DNA of 64,000 nt from Sphaerodactylus townsendi. Lineage: Eukaryota. Shown in pieces: positions 1 through 12,135 of the stretch. The stretch lies in contig NC_059428.1 in assembly GCF_021028975.2 (NCBI RefSeq), positions 49,414,001 through 49,478,000 of the forward strand, read 5' to 3'. The translations under genes were made by a program, and so were the position numbers. The notes under the pieces are model-generated. The model made no database searches and was not told the origin of the DNA. It saw nothing but the letters and a program-made list of their open reading frames with translations. Position 1 is the stretch's first letter, and each line of letters starts with the position of its first letter.

Positions 1-7
1 ATTTCAG

Positions 8-123
8 ATGGTTATTTGTGACCTTAAAGACCGCGAAAATAAGCATGAAATTTACCATGATGAACTAGATACTACAGCCTGGATGTTTTCAAAAGAAGCA
101 TTGGTCAGAGTTGTTAGAGGATG
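8..123 (+). CDS. CRYBG3: CRYBG3 coding exon (first crystallin Greek-key exon in window; upstream exons lie outside the window)
   Basis: tttcag|ATG acceptor; MVICDLKDRENKHEIYHDELDTTAWMFSKEALVRVVRG(C) resembles mammalian CRYBG3 MVIYDL...IKVVRGC; TG|gtacga donor. Confidence 0.9.
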
Positions 124-1315
124 GTACGAAATGCATACTTTTCATTTGCACCATAAGCCTGACATGTTCCTTACTAAGAGATCTGTTTTAGTACAGTTGA
201 AAAATATTAGAGCGTTATACAAAAGTGGGGGGGGATTGTTCTTCTAATAAAATACCTTTAGTCTAAAGTAGCAGAAGACTGATACATTTCTGAAAGCTTG
301 CATATGACCATTCCTTTTATCTCAGACATATGATAATAACATATGAACACTTCGGGGCAAGTAAAATTTGTCCTTCAGTTTCATTAATGGGTTTTCCAAG
401 TTATCAATTTCAGTGTACAACAAATATTCTGTAACACGGGTATTGGGAGGGGGTTGTCCAAAACTTATCCACAATAGTCATGTGTATTGATAAAGAAATT
501 GCATTTTCCCTGTACCCTAAAATAATTTATTGAAGCAGTCTTTCTCCATCTAACAATCCACTGGAGTGTTGTGTGGAATATGATTGCATGAGCATCACAG
601 GCATTTTTTGAATGATGCTTATGACATAATTTAGGATGAACACCCCTTCCCAGTCTTATGCTATGCTTAACTTTTTAAAAAATGTAAAGACTTTTGACAC
701 TGAGTGCTTTTCCTCCTCCCAATCATAAAGATTAGCATTGTAGTATATATGTTGAAAAGTGGAGATCTGAGAGAAGGCATTTGGAAATCCTGTAAATCTC
801 CCTCTTCAGGATTGTCCAGGCTCATGAGGGCTTGCACAGGATCCTCCCACGTGTTTCCTTTTCCTTCAACTAACTCTCACCTGCTCTCAGTATGAGTGGA
901 GTAGTTTCAATCCTGGTGCCATTTTTGAAGGGTTTTTCCTTTTTCTCTTTGATTTACAAATCTACACTTTTTTCTGCATACCTAGGGAGTTCCCCAGGTA
1001 GGTAGCTACTCCTGCCATGTCTTTGGGTAGCTGTTTTTATCATCCACACAGAAGCCAGTTATTAGAAAGCTTTGCATATCCTAATATATGTATTTCCCAC
1101 CATCTCCGGAAACTAGAGGATTTCAAACAACTCATAAAAGCCTAATTACCATTAGTGCACAATTTATACTTGTGTTTCAGTGCGAAAGAGCAAACAAATT
1201 TAGATATAAGAAGAAAATGAAACACTTTTTAGCATGAAAGAATATAATAATTTTCTACTAGTATGTTAGCAACTGTTGGATAAAATGGGTACATTCCTTT
1301 ATTTTATTGATATAG

Positions 1316-1460
1316 CTGGATGTTGTATGAAAAACCACAATTTCATGGTCAGAACTTTGTTCTGGAAGAAGGAGAGAAGTTACTGGATGGTATCTGGAAT
1401 ACTCACACTGAGAATCATCAACAAAAATTCACAGTTGGTTCAATCAGACAAATAGTAAAG
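1316..1460 (+). CDS. CRYBG3: CRYBG3 coding exon
   Basis: tatag| WMLYEKPQFHGQNFVLEEGEKLL...VGSIRQIVK |gtgagt; crystallin WxxYExPxFxG motif. Confidence 0.95.
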
Positions 1461-3116
1461 GTGAGTATTTTATAGTTAATTATGAAAGACAGGAACTAGT
1501 TGCAATGTCCATAATGGTTTTTCCTGTCCCCTACCTCCTCCCCAACATGCTTTTATTGATCGCCTCTTGTTTCATATCCTACATTTTTCCAGCCATTGGA
1601 AAACCATACTGTGTTTAAGACCTGAAGTGTGAGATATTTTTCTTAGTCTTTCAGTAAATACTACTTGCTTCTGTTTTTTTGCACCACATGAATTCTCCTT
1701 TGGTCCTGCCCACACCAGCTCTTTGCTGCCCTACTTAATTTCCTTAGATATGTATTTTATTCTCTTAACAATCACCTTGTGCTAGTTCTTTAAAATATAC
1801 AAGTCTATCAAGTAACATACTTTGAGATTTGAGTGCTCTGAGTTAAAGCCAATAGAACATATATCACTATTTGAGATTTCTTTTTGAGAATGAGAAAGAG
1901 AATATTAAGAGATGGTAAAGATACAGCTCATGAGACCTAGTGTGAGTTAAGGAGAATACACTGCAGGAAGAGAGCTGTAACTATAAGTATTCAATGTAAT
2001 AACAAAGACCAAACAATTTTATGTTGTTCTGATGACTCTGGCTGATTTTGCACTTACTAAATGCTCTGTGGCTGAGCCGGAGAGTGAACTTGCTGTGGGG
2101 CTTCTCACCCTGCATGTAGCTCCCTACTGCTGCCCAGCTCTTTCCTTCGCTTGAATGGTTCCCACAAACCCGGGGCTTTTCGTTAAGCACCGCTTAAGCA
2201 CCGCAAGCTCTTTTATTTATTATTTATTTATTTATTATATTCATATACCGCCCTCCCCAAAGGCTTTTGTAGTCTCTTTCATGCATGCGTGGGCAGCCTC
2301 CATTTCCTGCATTCAGATTGGCTGAATCTTGACCCATTCCCCCACTCATTTTCACTATTTTAGTTTTACATAACTCTGAATACAAAACAGGTGCTGAGAA
2401 TCAGCACCCTCTCCCCGCCTCATCTAAAATCCTTGCATATGTGCTGGTATCGCCGTCCTCCACACCTCTCCATCTAAAATGTAAATCCAAAATCCTTGCA
2501 TGTGTGATGAGATCGCCATCCTCCCGTTTGTGTCGCCTGCACATGCTGCTTTTCTGCCCAAGGTTTCTCCCTCCTTTATATAACCCAAAGTTTCTCCCTC
2601 CTTTTTTTTTCACTGCAAGGGGGGAGGGCGCCGCTTCTCATCGCCTGTCCATTGGTGGAGTGGGCCAGAGCGGCAAGCAGGAAAACTAGCCCTGTTTATG
2701 CTACAGAGGAGTTTTGCACGCTGGTGAAAGCCTCCAGATCAACAAAGGGGCATTTCAAAAGGACCTCAAATGTTGTGGTTCAGGAAATTCACGGAGCAAA
2801 GCCATTGGCACGGGGCAGCTCTGAGGCAGAAACGTGGCAGTCACACTGCAGCACCAGTGGCTGTGCGAAACTCTGTGCCAACAGAGGGGCAATTTTGGTG
2901 TGCAAAATCAGCCTCTATGGGGGGTTTGTGGAAAATTTGTAACTTTGAAGTTATGTTGATGTTTTTATTAATGTTCCTTTTTGCTGTTTTATCTGATAGT
3001 GCTAGCCACTTAGATGATTCTATACAACTATGTGTGGAGAGATGTAAATATATAAATACTATCCTAATACAAAAGTGTACACTTAGGATAAGTGTACTGT
3101 CTGATTAACTTTGCAG

Positions 3117-3250
3117 AATTGTAGTGTTCCTGAGATTGAGCTCTATCCACAAACTGGCAAAGATAATTCTCCAGTCTGTATTCAAAATGCAGTTGCTAAT
3201 TTAGGAGAACTGGAAGTCAAAAGTCCTACTCTTCTTGTGAAAGCAGGAGT
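3117..3250 (+). CDS. CRYBG3: CRYBG3 coding exon
   Basis: ttgcag| NCSVPEIELYPQTGKDNSPVCIQNAVANLGELEVKSPTLLVKAG(V) |gtgagt. Confidence 0.93.
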
Positions 3251-3708
3251 GTGAGTACCAGTTTTATCTTATACATCCATGTATCTAATTCTTAACATGG
3301 TCAAATCGGTAGATACTTAAATCTAGAGACTGAAGGCATAAACAGACAAGATAGGGCTTTCTACAAACCTGAGAAAATTCCTAGATTTGCATAGAAGTTT
3401 GACACCTTAGAAAAACAGAGGGTTAACCTCCAAAACAATAGAAGCGGCACCTTTAGGAAATTAATGCCTTCTACAGTAGCCATTGTGAGAGTTGCTAAAT
3501 AACCACAACAGTATTGCCAGCCTTCAAGACTTTGCTTTTATCAATAAAAGGCATAAGTAAGGGGTAGGGTCCTTTCCAGAATTGTTTTGGCCTTTGATGG
3601 AAAACTTATGGCGCCAGGCTGCCATCAATCACTAACAGGCCCAGCTGCTCACTACGTTCAAGCAAAGCTACTGCACACAAGCCAACGTGGTATTGTTAGG
3701 AGCTAGGA

Positions 3709-4184
3709 CAGTGATGGCAAACCTTTTTGAGACCGAGTGCCCAAATTGCAACCCAAATGCCACTTATTTATCGCAAAGTGCCAACCCAGCAATTTAACCT
3801 GAATGCTGAGGTTTTCGTTTAGGAAAAACCGGTTGTTTCCCTCTTCCTCCGCCCCACCGGCTTGAGCAGGAGCCAGCCTGCTCTAGCCTCCAGCAAGTCC
3901 CATGCGCACCACTCTGTGCCTCTCTAGTATCTCTGCCTCCTCTGCGCCCCCGCCCCCCCACCGACAGCAGCCACTCGGAGCACAGGCACCAGGCCCACCA
4001 GCCGAGTCCTCCCTGCTCACCGTGGTACACGCCCGTCATGCTCAGTGACGCAGGCCAGCCTAGATGTGTGTGTCTGTGGGTGATTTTCCACCCCCCCCCA
4101 CATGACAAACCCTCTGTGCGCGGGCCCACAGAGAGGGCTCGGAGTGCCACCTCTGGCACCCGTGCCATAGGTTCGCCATTACTG
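3709..4184 (+). mobile_element. Non-autonomous hAT (Charlie-like) MITE inserted into a SINE
   Basis: TIRs CAGTGATGGCAAACC / GGTTCGCCATTACTG; perfect 8-bp TSD agctagga (3701-3708, 4185-4192); SINE sequence continues to ~4370. Confidence 0.9.
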
Positions 4185-5016
4185 AGCTAGGAGACCCAGG
4201 TTTAAATCCCCACACTGCTGCAGAACCTCACTCGATGACCTTGAGCCTTTCACATGCTTCCAGCCTAGTGTACCTCATAGCTAAGTTGTAAGAATAAAAT
4301 AGAGACAAGAATGATGCACTCTGATTTAGATCTTCATTGGGGAAAAGGTAAGCTATAAGTGAAGTAAAAATAATAAATTCAACTGAAGAGGGAGGCAGAT
4401 AAGAAGTATGGGGGATGGGGGAGAGAAGGAAGCAGGGGAAAGGATATGGGGGCTACTGGGAAGTCCTTGTGGGTCCACACTTGTTTTTATCTGAGTCAGT
4501 GAAATGATAGAACAAGTAAGTCACCAATCAGCTATTGTTAACTATTCGTAGAAGTGAAGTTGAAGCAAAATAAATGTAATACTTTTCAGTGTACAACCAC
4601 TTTGTTATTTTTGCTTTTTAAAAAAAGCAGTGGTGAAAAGACAGAGAGAGAACCAGGAAGGAAGGAAGAAGAGAAAAAGATGGGATTTCACACACACACA
4701 CAGAGGTCTCCACATAATTTAATAATGCTCTTAATCAAGCTAGGTCAATAATGTTAGTCATAATGGGTAAATGGAACTTCCATGTTATGCAGAAGCATAC
4801 CTTCAAATGTGGCATACTGGGAATACCAAGGGAGGATCATCTTCCCTATACCCTGCATCTGAACTTTCCAGAGACATCTGAATGGCCTGTGCTAGAAATA
4901 AAATGCTGTAGTAGGTGCTCCTTTGGGCTGGTCCAGCCGGTTTGTCTTGAGCAAAGTAACATTAGTTAACATTGTGTTAAATGAGTTAATAAGCCATTTT
5001 CTTTTCACTCTAATAG

Positions 5017-5131
5017 ATGGCTTGCCTATTCAGAAGCAGATTACAAAGGAGAGGTGATGGTTTTGGAAGAAAATCATGATCTATGTGAATGTTCAGCAGC
5101 TGATGTAAAATCTCTTTATCCATTGAAAATG
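5017..5131 (+). CDS. CRYBG3: CRYBG3 coding exon
   Basis: taatag| WLAYSEADYKGEVMVLEENHDLCECSAADVKSLYPLKM |gtgagg. Confidence 0.93.
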
Positions 5132-5153
5132 GTGAGGAAGTAAAAATTCTATT

Positions 5154-5883
5154 CAATAATAATAACAACAACAATAACAACAACCGTTTATTGTCATTGT
5201 GCATGCACAATGAAAATGACAAGCATTCCCCGATGCACACTATTTCAGACCTCACACCCCATCCTCACATTCCTCTTCTTCCAACCATCACTACACAGCC
5301 CCAACCACACCAGCACTAAACCATGGAGTTCAGCATAGCCACAGTAAGGATAGAAGTTGTCTCCAAGCCTATTTGTCCCTGTTTTTATAATCCTATATCT
5401 TCTGCCAGATGGTAACATTTCAAAAAGAGAGTATGCTGGATGAGACGGGTCCTTCAGAATATTCTGAACTTTCTTTAGGCAGCGGGAATTATAAAGTTCT
5501 TCCAAAGAGGAGAGAGAGCAGTCAATTCTCTGGACAGTAGTGATCACCCTTTGGAGCGCCTGCCACTGTGCAACTGGCAAACCGGCAAACCATGCTCAGA
5601 TGCAGTATGTTAGAACACTCTATAGCACAGTGGAAAAAGTCACCAGCAGTTTTTCATTCAATTGTTGTTTCCTTAAAAGTCTCAGATAGTACAGTCTCTG
5701 CTGGACCTTCTTAACTACCACGGCAGTCTGAACGCCCCAGGTCAAGTCCTCTTTAATCATAACACCCAGGAACTTAAAGCTGGCCACCCGCTCTACTCAA
5801 TCCCCATTTATAACCAAGGGCTGAATTTCTAAGCTATTCCTTCTATAGTCTACTATAAGCTCCTTTGTCTTGTTAGTATTAAT
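5154..5883 (-). mobile_element. 5'-truncated Rex1/Babar-like LINE
   Basis: NTNKTKELIVDYRR ... ALQRVITTVQRI..LEELYNSRCLKKVQNILKDPSHPAYSLFEMLPSGRRYRIIKTGTNRL (Rex1/Babar C-terminus); (TTG/TTA)n tail at 5154-5184. Confidence 0.85.
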
Positions 5884-5935
5884 AGCATAGAAACAGATTT
5901 TACATCTTAATTTTTTATTTTGTGTTATACGTTAG

Positions 5936-5971
5936 GGTGGCCTAAAAGTACAGATGCCTATGAATGTTGTG
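5936..5971 (+). CDS. CRYBG3: CRYBG3 36-nt linker exon
   Basis: gttag| GGLKVQMPMNVV |gtaagt; resembles mammalian GGLKVEMPMNLK. Confidence 0.92.
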
Positions 5972-7132
5972 GTAAGTACAGAACTTATTAACAGGAAATT
6001 AATATTGCTTGTAATCTTTGAAGTACAATATTGCTTGTACTTTGAAGTACAAAGTACTTTGAAGTACTTTGAAGCATTTTTTAATTAATGTAGCAAATCT
6101 TATGAATTCTTACATTTTTTCCTGCATTAGAAACATTAACAGTCCCATCTTATGTAGACTTATACCCTTCTAAGCCCATTGACTTCATTAGATGGGTATA
6201 AATCTGCTTAGGATGGAGCTGTTTATGAAATCCAACACTTTTTTTTTCAAAGCTCTATATGGTTTGGGACCAACTTACCTGAAGGGCTCTTAAGAACCCG
6301 CCCAACCGTTACAATGTCTGCACATTTAATGTGTGTCTCTTGCTAGGCTTTTCCCCATTGCTCTACTCACTTTTCAAACATTGGAATTGGTTTAGGTATG
6401 GCTCTTCCACACGTTTGTCCTCTCTCTGCATTTTCAAAGTCGTGGAGTCCGTTTATTTTATTCCAAACATGCCTTAAATTAGGATTTTCAAGGGAGGATC
6501 CTGGAATCATCAGTGGCATCATAGTACCACCATTTTTTATTTTTTAAACACGCTTAAATTGATACTATCAATGGAGTAGTGTCCATGGGGCGACGCCCCG
6601 GGTGGAGCAGCAGCGGAGGTGTGGCTAGGCTGTCAAGGGGGCAGGCAACGCTGCGGCAGGGCACGTGTGCGCCCCGGGCACAGTTTCCCCTCGCTTTGCC
6701 TCTGAATACCATGGATGTATTTTTTTAAAAAAATCAAAAACAAAAGCACTCACCTGCAAGGCAGGGGAAGGAGAGGGAGGGCTTAACAATGATGGTAATC
6801 CAATCATTGAAAAGTGGGCTAGAGTAGGTGAGAGTTGCTGGAACAAAAAAACTGACAGAAACATTATGCAAGTGACTAAAAAAAAAGATTAGGATAAAAG
6901 TGGTCTTGAACCAGAAAAAAAATGTGGCAGTGGGGAGGGGGAGAAACCAAAACTAAAGGCACAAAAAAGCATGTAAAAATCAGGGGCAGTGTGGTACCAG
7001 AACCACTGAAAGCAGTGTGGTACCAGAACCACTAGAAAAGCCCCATATGAACAAGCCCACTGACCCAAAGTTTCCCATAATTATCAGAGGAGAAGATGAT
7101 CCACAAATTTGTTCCCCATAAGTGACTGTAAC

Positions 7133-7268
7133 CAGTGGTGGGATTCAAATAATGTAACAACTGCTTCTGGTGGTGGAATTCAAATAATTTAACAACTGGT
7201 TGTTTACAAGCACCATTTTAACAACCGGTTCTGCTGAAGTGGTGCGAACCTGCTGAATCCCACCACTG
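7133..7268. mobile_element. 136-bp hAT-type MITE
   Basis: TIR CAGTGGTGGGATTCA / TGAATCCCACCACTG; perfect 8-bp TSD actgtaac. Confidence 0.88.
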
Positions 7269-8438
7269 ACTGTAACATGTAGGCATACTAACCATGTGAA
7301 TTTTGTACATTACAATGAGAATCTTTAGACCCCCTCCTTGGTGGCTACCATTATGCATTTTCAGTTGCAATGTAGTTGGTATTTTGCTCTTATTTTTTTG
7401 CATCAGTACCTTAGTGGTCTACAACATGGGCTCCAGCTCTCATCCTTCAGGAAGCTGGTGTTTTTGATGAATAATACAAACTTTGTCATAACAAAATCGT
7501 ATAGTTAAGTATATGTTTCTGCTTCTCTGTTACACCTGTTGTAGATATGGGTTTTAAATTGTTATCGCCTAATACAGGGCTTCTCAAAATGTGTAAACTT
7601 TTTTGTTGGGAGTTTTCACCATGTTCAACTTTCCCTTTTTCAAGTTCAGCCAACACATTTACCTTCTTGAATTGCACTTTAAAAACAATTCAAGTAGGCA
7701 AAACATCTGTTTCTGAAGAGAGTGCGATAACAAAGCACTTAAACAAGCTATTAGATGTGCTGTTTCCTTGTATCTTATGAGAGAAAGAACATGATCTTTA
7801 AAAGGACAATAAAACCCTAGTCATCTTGTATAGTGAAAAGTAAATTTATGCTTAGACTAGAGTTTTAATAATCTAGTTTTGCCATCTGTTTTTAACCTAT
7901 ATTTAAGGATGGAACTAAAAGCAGTTTAAAGAAAGCACCAGCCTCTTGAAAACTTTGGAAAACAGTTTTGAAAACAAAACTATCTGCCCTTTCCTCTTTC
8001 CGTTTACTTCACAAAATTATCAAAGGGAAACGAAATGGGAAGTGTTACTTCCAAAACAACCCCCCTTCTCCCCTCATGTCCTTCTCTTAATTTTGTCCCT
8101 CAAACGTCAGGAAAATGCATGACAACAAAACATACTGACCATCATTTAACTCTAACTGCACAGTTCCATTTTGGAATGGATCACTAATACTTCAATTGGA
8201 TCTCCTACCCCAAAAAAGGGCCTCCTATCATAAGCTCTCTGCAGATCAACTAAGGCTACTGAGGGCCTCTAATCTAGTAGTAGAAACCAAATCACTTACT
8301 ACATACATCCAGGTGGAGTGACAGAGATGAAGTTAAAAAGAAGAGAAGTTTAAAAAGAAACCTCTCCCAAGCTATTCAAGAAGCAGGTCCAAACGCTAGA
8401 AATATATTTCAAAAGACCAACTATCTCACATTCTGCAG

Positions 8439-8572
8439 ATGTTGATTTATGAGAAACCACACTTTGAAGGATGGTGTAAAGAGTTTTCTGAAAATATTGA
8501 TTACGTTCCAGCACTATTCAGAGATGCTGATGGTTTCCAAGGAATTGGATCAATGTGTGTCATTGGAGGAGT
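8439..8572 (+). CDS. CRYBG3: CRYBG3 coding exon
   Basis: ctgcag| MLIYEKPHFEGWCKEFSENIDYVPALFRDADGFQGIGSMCVIGG(V) |gtaagt. Confidence 0.95.
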
Positions 8573-9849
8573 GTAAGTATGATTGTATTTCCAATTTTAA
8601 ACTGAGAACACTTTCAGGTCTACCACCTGTTTAAGAGCCCTCATGCAGTTGATTATTCTAATTGTGCTGGAAACTGCAGCTTCCCTGCTATGGACTACCT
8701 ATGCCCTGTAAAACAGCTAACAAAAAGAACTAGCAATTTATTTTTTTTGAATACTGATATCAACACCCATTTGCTTTCTATTGAGGGGTGGTAATCAAAG
8801 ATCTCTTCAAGTAGTCTAACAGTCTACAGATACAGCTAAACATCTTCCAATTAGCTCATCCTTAACTATGCCTCATCCTCTGTCTACCCAGAACAAGAAC
8901 AATTATGTATATTTCCTGTTAACCTTCTTGCAGTATCCCCTCCTCATTCCGGCCTCTGTAAAAATTAGGCTTACATGGGTTGGGGAGAACCCTCATTCTT
9001 AATGTCATTGTTGACTGAATGTTGTAGTAAACCCCAGATTTTAAAAACATTGGTACTTTTCTTTATTTTTCAATACTTTTTATCACTGAACTAATTTAAA
9101 ACAATGAAATCCATTCTTGATCACATATTAATCCTGGCAGAATTTGTTTACTAATAATAAGTTGCCACAATGTCTTTAAATTAAAAGGGACAGTTTCATA
9201 ACTTTTAATGTTACTTTGACTGCATAAGTTTCTTTGTAACTGAATTTAAGGGGGGAAATGTTTTACATTTTGCACATCGTTGGTCAGAATGGGGAAAAAG
9301 AAACATAGGAGATTTAATTACTTGGAGACTCAAATTCTGACTTGATTAGTCTCTTGACTTAAGAGGGAAATATTTGAACCCCCTGTGGTTAGCAAAGACA
9401 GATCATTATTTAGTCTGGAAGAACAACACATCTTCTTGCAGAGAAGGGGATATTATTTCTTATCCATAACTTCATAATGTCTCTCTTAACTTTTCCTGTG
9501 GAATCACTGATGCCACAGGCAGCATTTGAAGAGGGACACTGTGGTATGCCGCAGGAGAAGGAAGGAGGAAAGATCCTATTCTGGGATCAGAGTCCCACTC
9601 ATAATGGTGTGTACATCCCAGAGTAAAGATTGAACACACAAGCTGCCAAGATGTCATTCCATTCCAAGTTTAGAAACTGACATCCAAGAACAAAAGGAGG
9701 CTAGCAGGACGGTGCGGCTTTTCTCCAGGGACAGAGACATGATGCCAAGGAACGTTATGAAGTGTTTAGTTTATCCAAATGCCTTCAATTAGTACAATGA
9801 CTTGGTTCAAATGTAACAGCAAATGTCTTGCTTATGTGCCCCCTGCACA

Positions 9850-10750
9850 TGGAAAGCTAATCTATATAAATGGCCTATCCCTATCCACATTCTTGTTGAC
9901 AACCTGAAAGAATTCAAAGAATTCTCCTGAAGTAGGGCTTTCCTTTACAGAAGCCATGCTGATTTCTTTTGAGCAAGATTAGTTTTTCTATTTATTTATT
10001 TATTTATTTCAATTTATATATCGCCCTCCCCCGAGGGGTTCAGGGCGGTTCACAACAAAATACATAACTTTAAAACATTAAAATCAATTAAAACAATCAA
10101 CCCCCACAAAAATTAAAAGATCCATAATGTATAGATGACATCAGAAGGTTCCTCCCCTCCCCCTTTCTTGCGCCCACAGGAGGTTTTATACCGAATTTCC
10201 AATATTACCGCAGCTGGCCAAATGCCTGGCAGACCAGGTCCATTTTGCAGGCCCTACAGAAACTTTGTATGTCCCACAGGGGCCTGGTCTCACCTGGGAG
10301 CCTGTTCCACCAAGTAGGGGCCAGGGCTGTAAAAGCCCTGGCCCTAGTAGAGGCCAGCCGGATCACTTTGGGGCCAGGGATTACCAGTAGGTCCACTTCC
10401 AATGAGCAGAGGGGCCTAACGGGGCAATACAGGGAGAGACCGTCTCTTAGAAATGCAGGTTCAAGGCTGCGAATGGCTTTAAATATGCATTAAACAATTC
10501 TAGTTGTAATAACATTTTCTGCCAATTTATGATGGGATATGTTAACCTAACTGGTCTATAATTTCACTTTCCCCATGACATATCGACAGCAAATGAATGA
10601 TTTCTGCTTTTGCAACCAACTGTAATTTGCCATTGTAGCTGCCTGCATCTCTTTGAGAATGTTTGTATGTTCCTCTGGGAATAATGAATAATGAGAACAA
10701 TCCTGAATCAAGTGCTAGTAAAGAGCATATTTTCTTTATAAAATTTTGAT
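9850..10750 (-). mobile_element. Old CR1 RT fragment interrupted by an L2-type insertion
   Basis: NYRPVRLT (~10540-10570) continues as LLKRNQHGFCKGK (~9930-9980) on the other side of the insertion. Confidence 0.7.
9988..10485 (-). mobile_element. L2-clade LINE 3' fragment
   Basis: DLLVIPGPKVIRLASTRARAFTALAPTWWNRLP...FCRACKMDLVCQAF (L2 ORF2 end); (TAAA)n tail. Confidence 0.8.
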
Positions 10751-10754
10751 GGAC

Positions 10755-11070
10755 AAACAAGTGGGTTCTTGATTAAATCAACCCTGAAATGTCCTTGAAG
10801 CTAAAATGTCTAAACTGCTGCTATCATACCATCACATTGTAAGAAGACAAGACTCACTGGAAAAGACAATAATGCTAGGAATAGTTAAAGGCAGCGGGAA
10901 AAGAGGAAGACCCAGCATGAAATGGATTGCCTTTGCAAAACTTTGCAAATGGATTGTCTTTGCAAGACTTGAGCAAAGCTGTTGACAATAAGACATTTTG
11001 GAGGATATTGTTTCATTGGATCTTCATGAGTCAGAAACAACTTGACGGCACTTAGCAAACATACACACAC
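10755..11070 (+). mobile_element. RTE/BovB-like LINE 3' fragment
   Basis: HIVRRQDSLEKTIMLGIVKGSGKRGRPSMKWID-like C-terminus; tail ..gagtcagaaacaacttgacggcact followed by (CA)n. Confidence 0.8.
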
Positions 11071-11332
11071 AGTGGATTTGTGTGATATGTGTTCTGAAGC
11101 CTATCTAATGAAAATCGTTTGAAATGTAAAAGAAAAGGTCTATGCTGTAAAAACCCATGTCACTCTAGATAAATGCCATGCTAGTTTGAACTGCTTACGT
11201 TAATGCAGGTAAAATGCTGCTCCAATCTGCTGTGCTAATGTCACTGTGAATCACTTTTAGTATAGTTCTATCATTCATCGTCAACTATTGCAAAGACAGT
11301 TCATCACTTTTTTCTTTTTGTGACTGCTGTAG

Positions 11333-11459
11333 ATGGGTTGCTTATGAGAAAGAACGCTATAAGGGCCAGCAGTACCTGTTAGAGGAGGGAGAATATGATG
11401 ATTGGCAGTCTTGGGATGGAGTTAGCAAAGTCCTCCTATCTTTTCGATTTCTTCAAGCA
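11333..11459 (+). CDS. CRYBG3: CRYBG3 coding exon
   Basis: ctgtag| WVAYEKERYKGQQYLLEEGEYDDWQSWDGVSKVLLSFRFLQA |gtaagt. Confidence 0.95.
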
Positions 11460-11863
11460 GTAAGTACTACTTTGTCTGCATTACTATTTCTTTGCATCTG
11501 ATTCCTGACTTTTTGCCCTTCCAAACAAATTTATTTCTCTCTTTTTTTGCCATTCTTCCAAAATGTTCTTGTATATGAATTGGTAACGTTTGAAATACAA
11601 ACTTCAGCTTTGGTAAAATATTCATTTTGATGATAGTGATTCTTCTTGACCATTAAAGTTTCAATTTAATCCATCTTTGCATTTCTTCTTGAATTTCCAT
11701 CCATGCCACTTTGTTGTTGTATTTAAATAATGTATTATTTTAGCCAGTTAGGTTTATTTCCAAATATTTGATTGCTGCTACTTGGTCCAATTTGTTTTCT
11801 TTTTCCGTTAGGACTTGGATCTTCTTACCTCCTAAGTGCATCAGCAAGTTTGCTTTTGAATTT

Positions 11864-12135
11864 ATTGTCAAAGGCTTTCACAGCCAGAATCACTAGGATA
11901 TTGTGGATTTTCTGGGTTGTATGGCCATGTTCCAGTAGTATTTTTCCTTACAGTTTGCCTGCATCTGTGACTGGCATCATCAGAGGATCTGGTAGCAGTG
12001 GAGCAAGTGGTATGCATATTCCAAGTATACATACTCCACTTGCTCCATTGCGACCAGATCTTTCTTTTGAATTCTGTGCTGATTTTCTAACCAGTCGCCC
12101 CCCTCCCCCCCATGTCTGTAGCTCTATCCTTCTCT
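11864..12135 (-). mobile_element. Penelope-like element terminal (pLTR) fragment with degenerate hammerhead motif
   Basis: attgtcaaaggctttcacagccagaatcact... lizard Penelope terminus; minus strand cctCTGATGAtgcc...ggcAAAC at 11946-11986. Confidence 0.72.
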
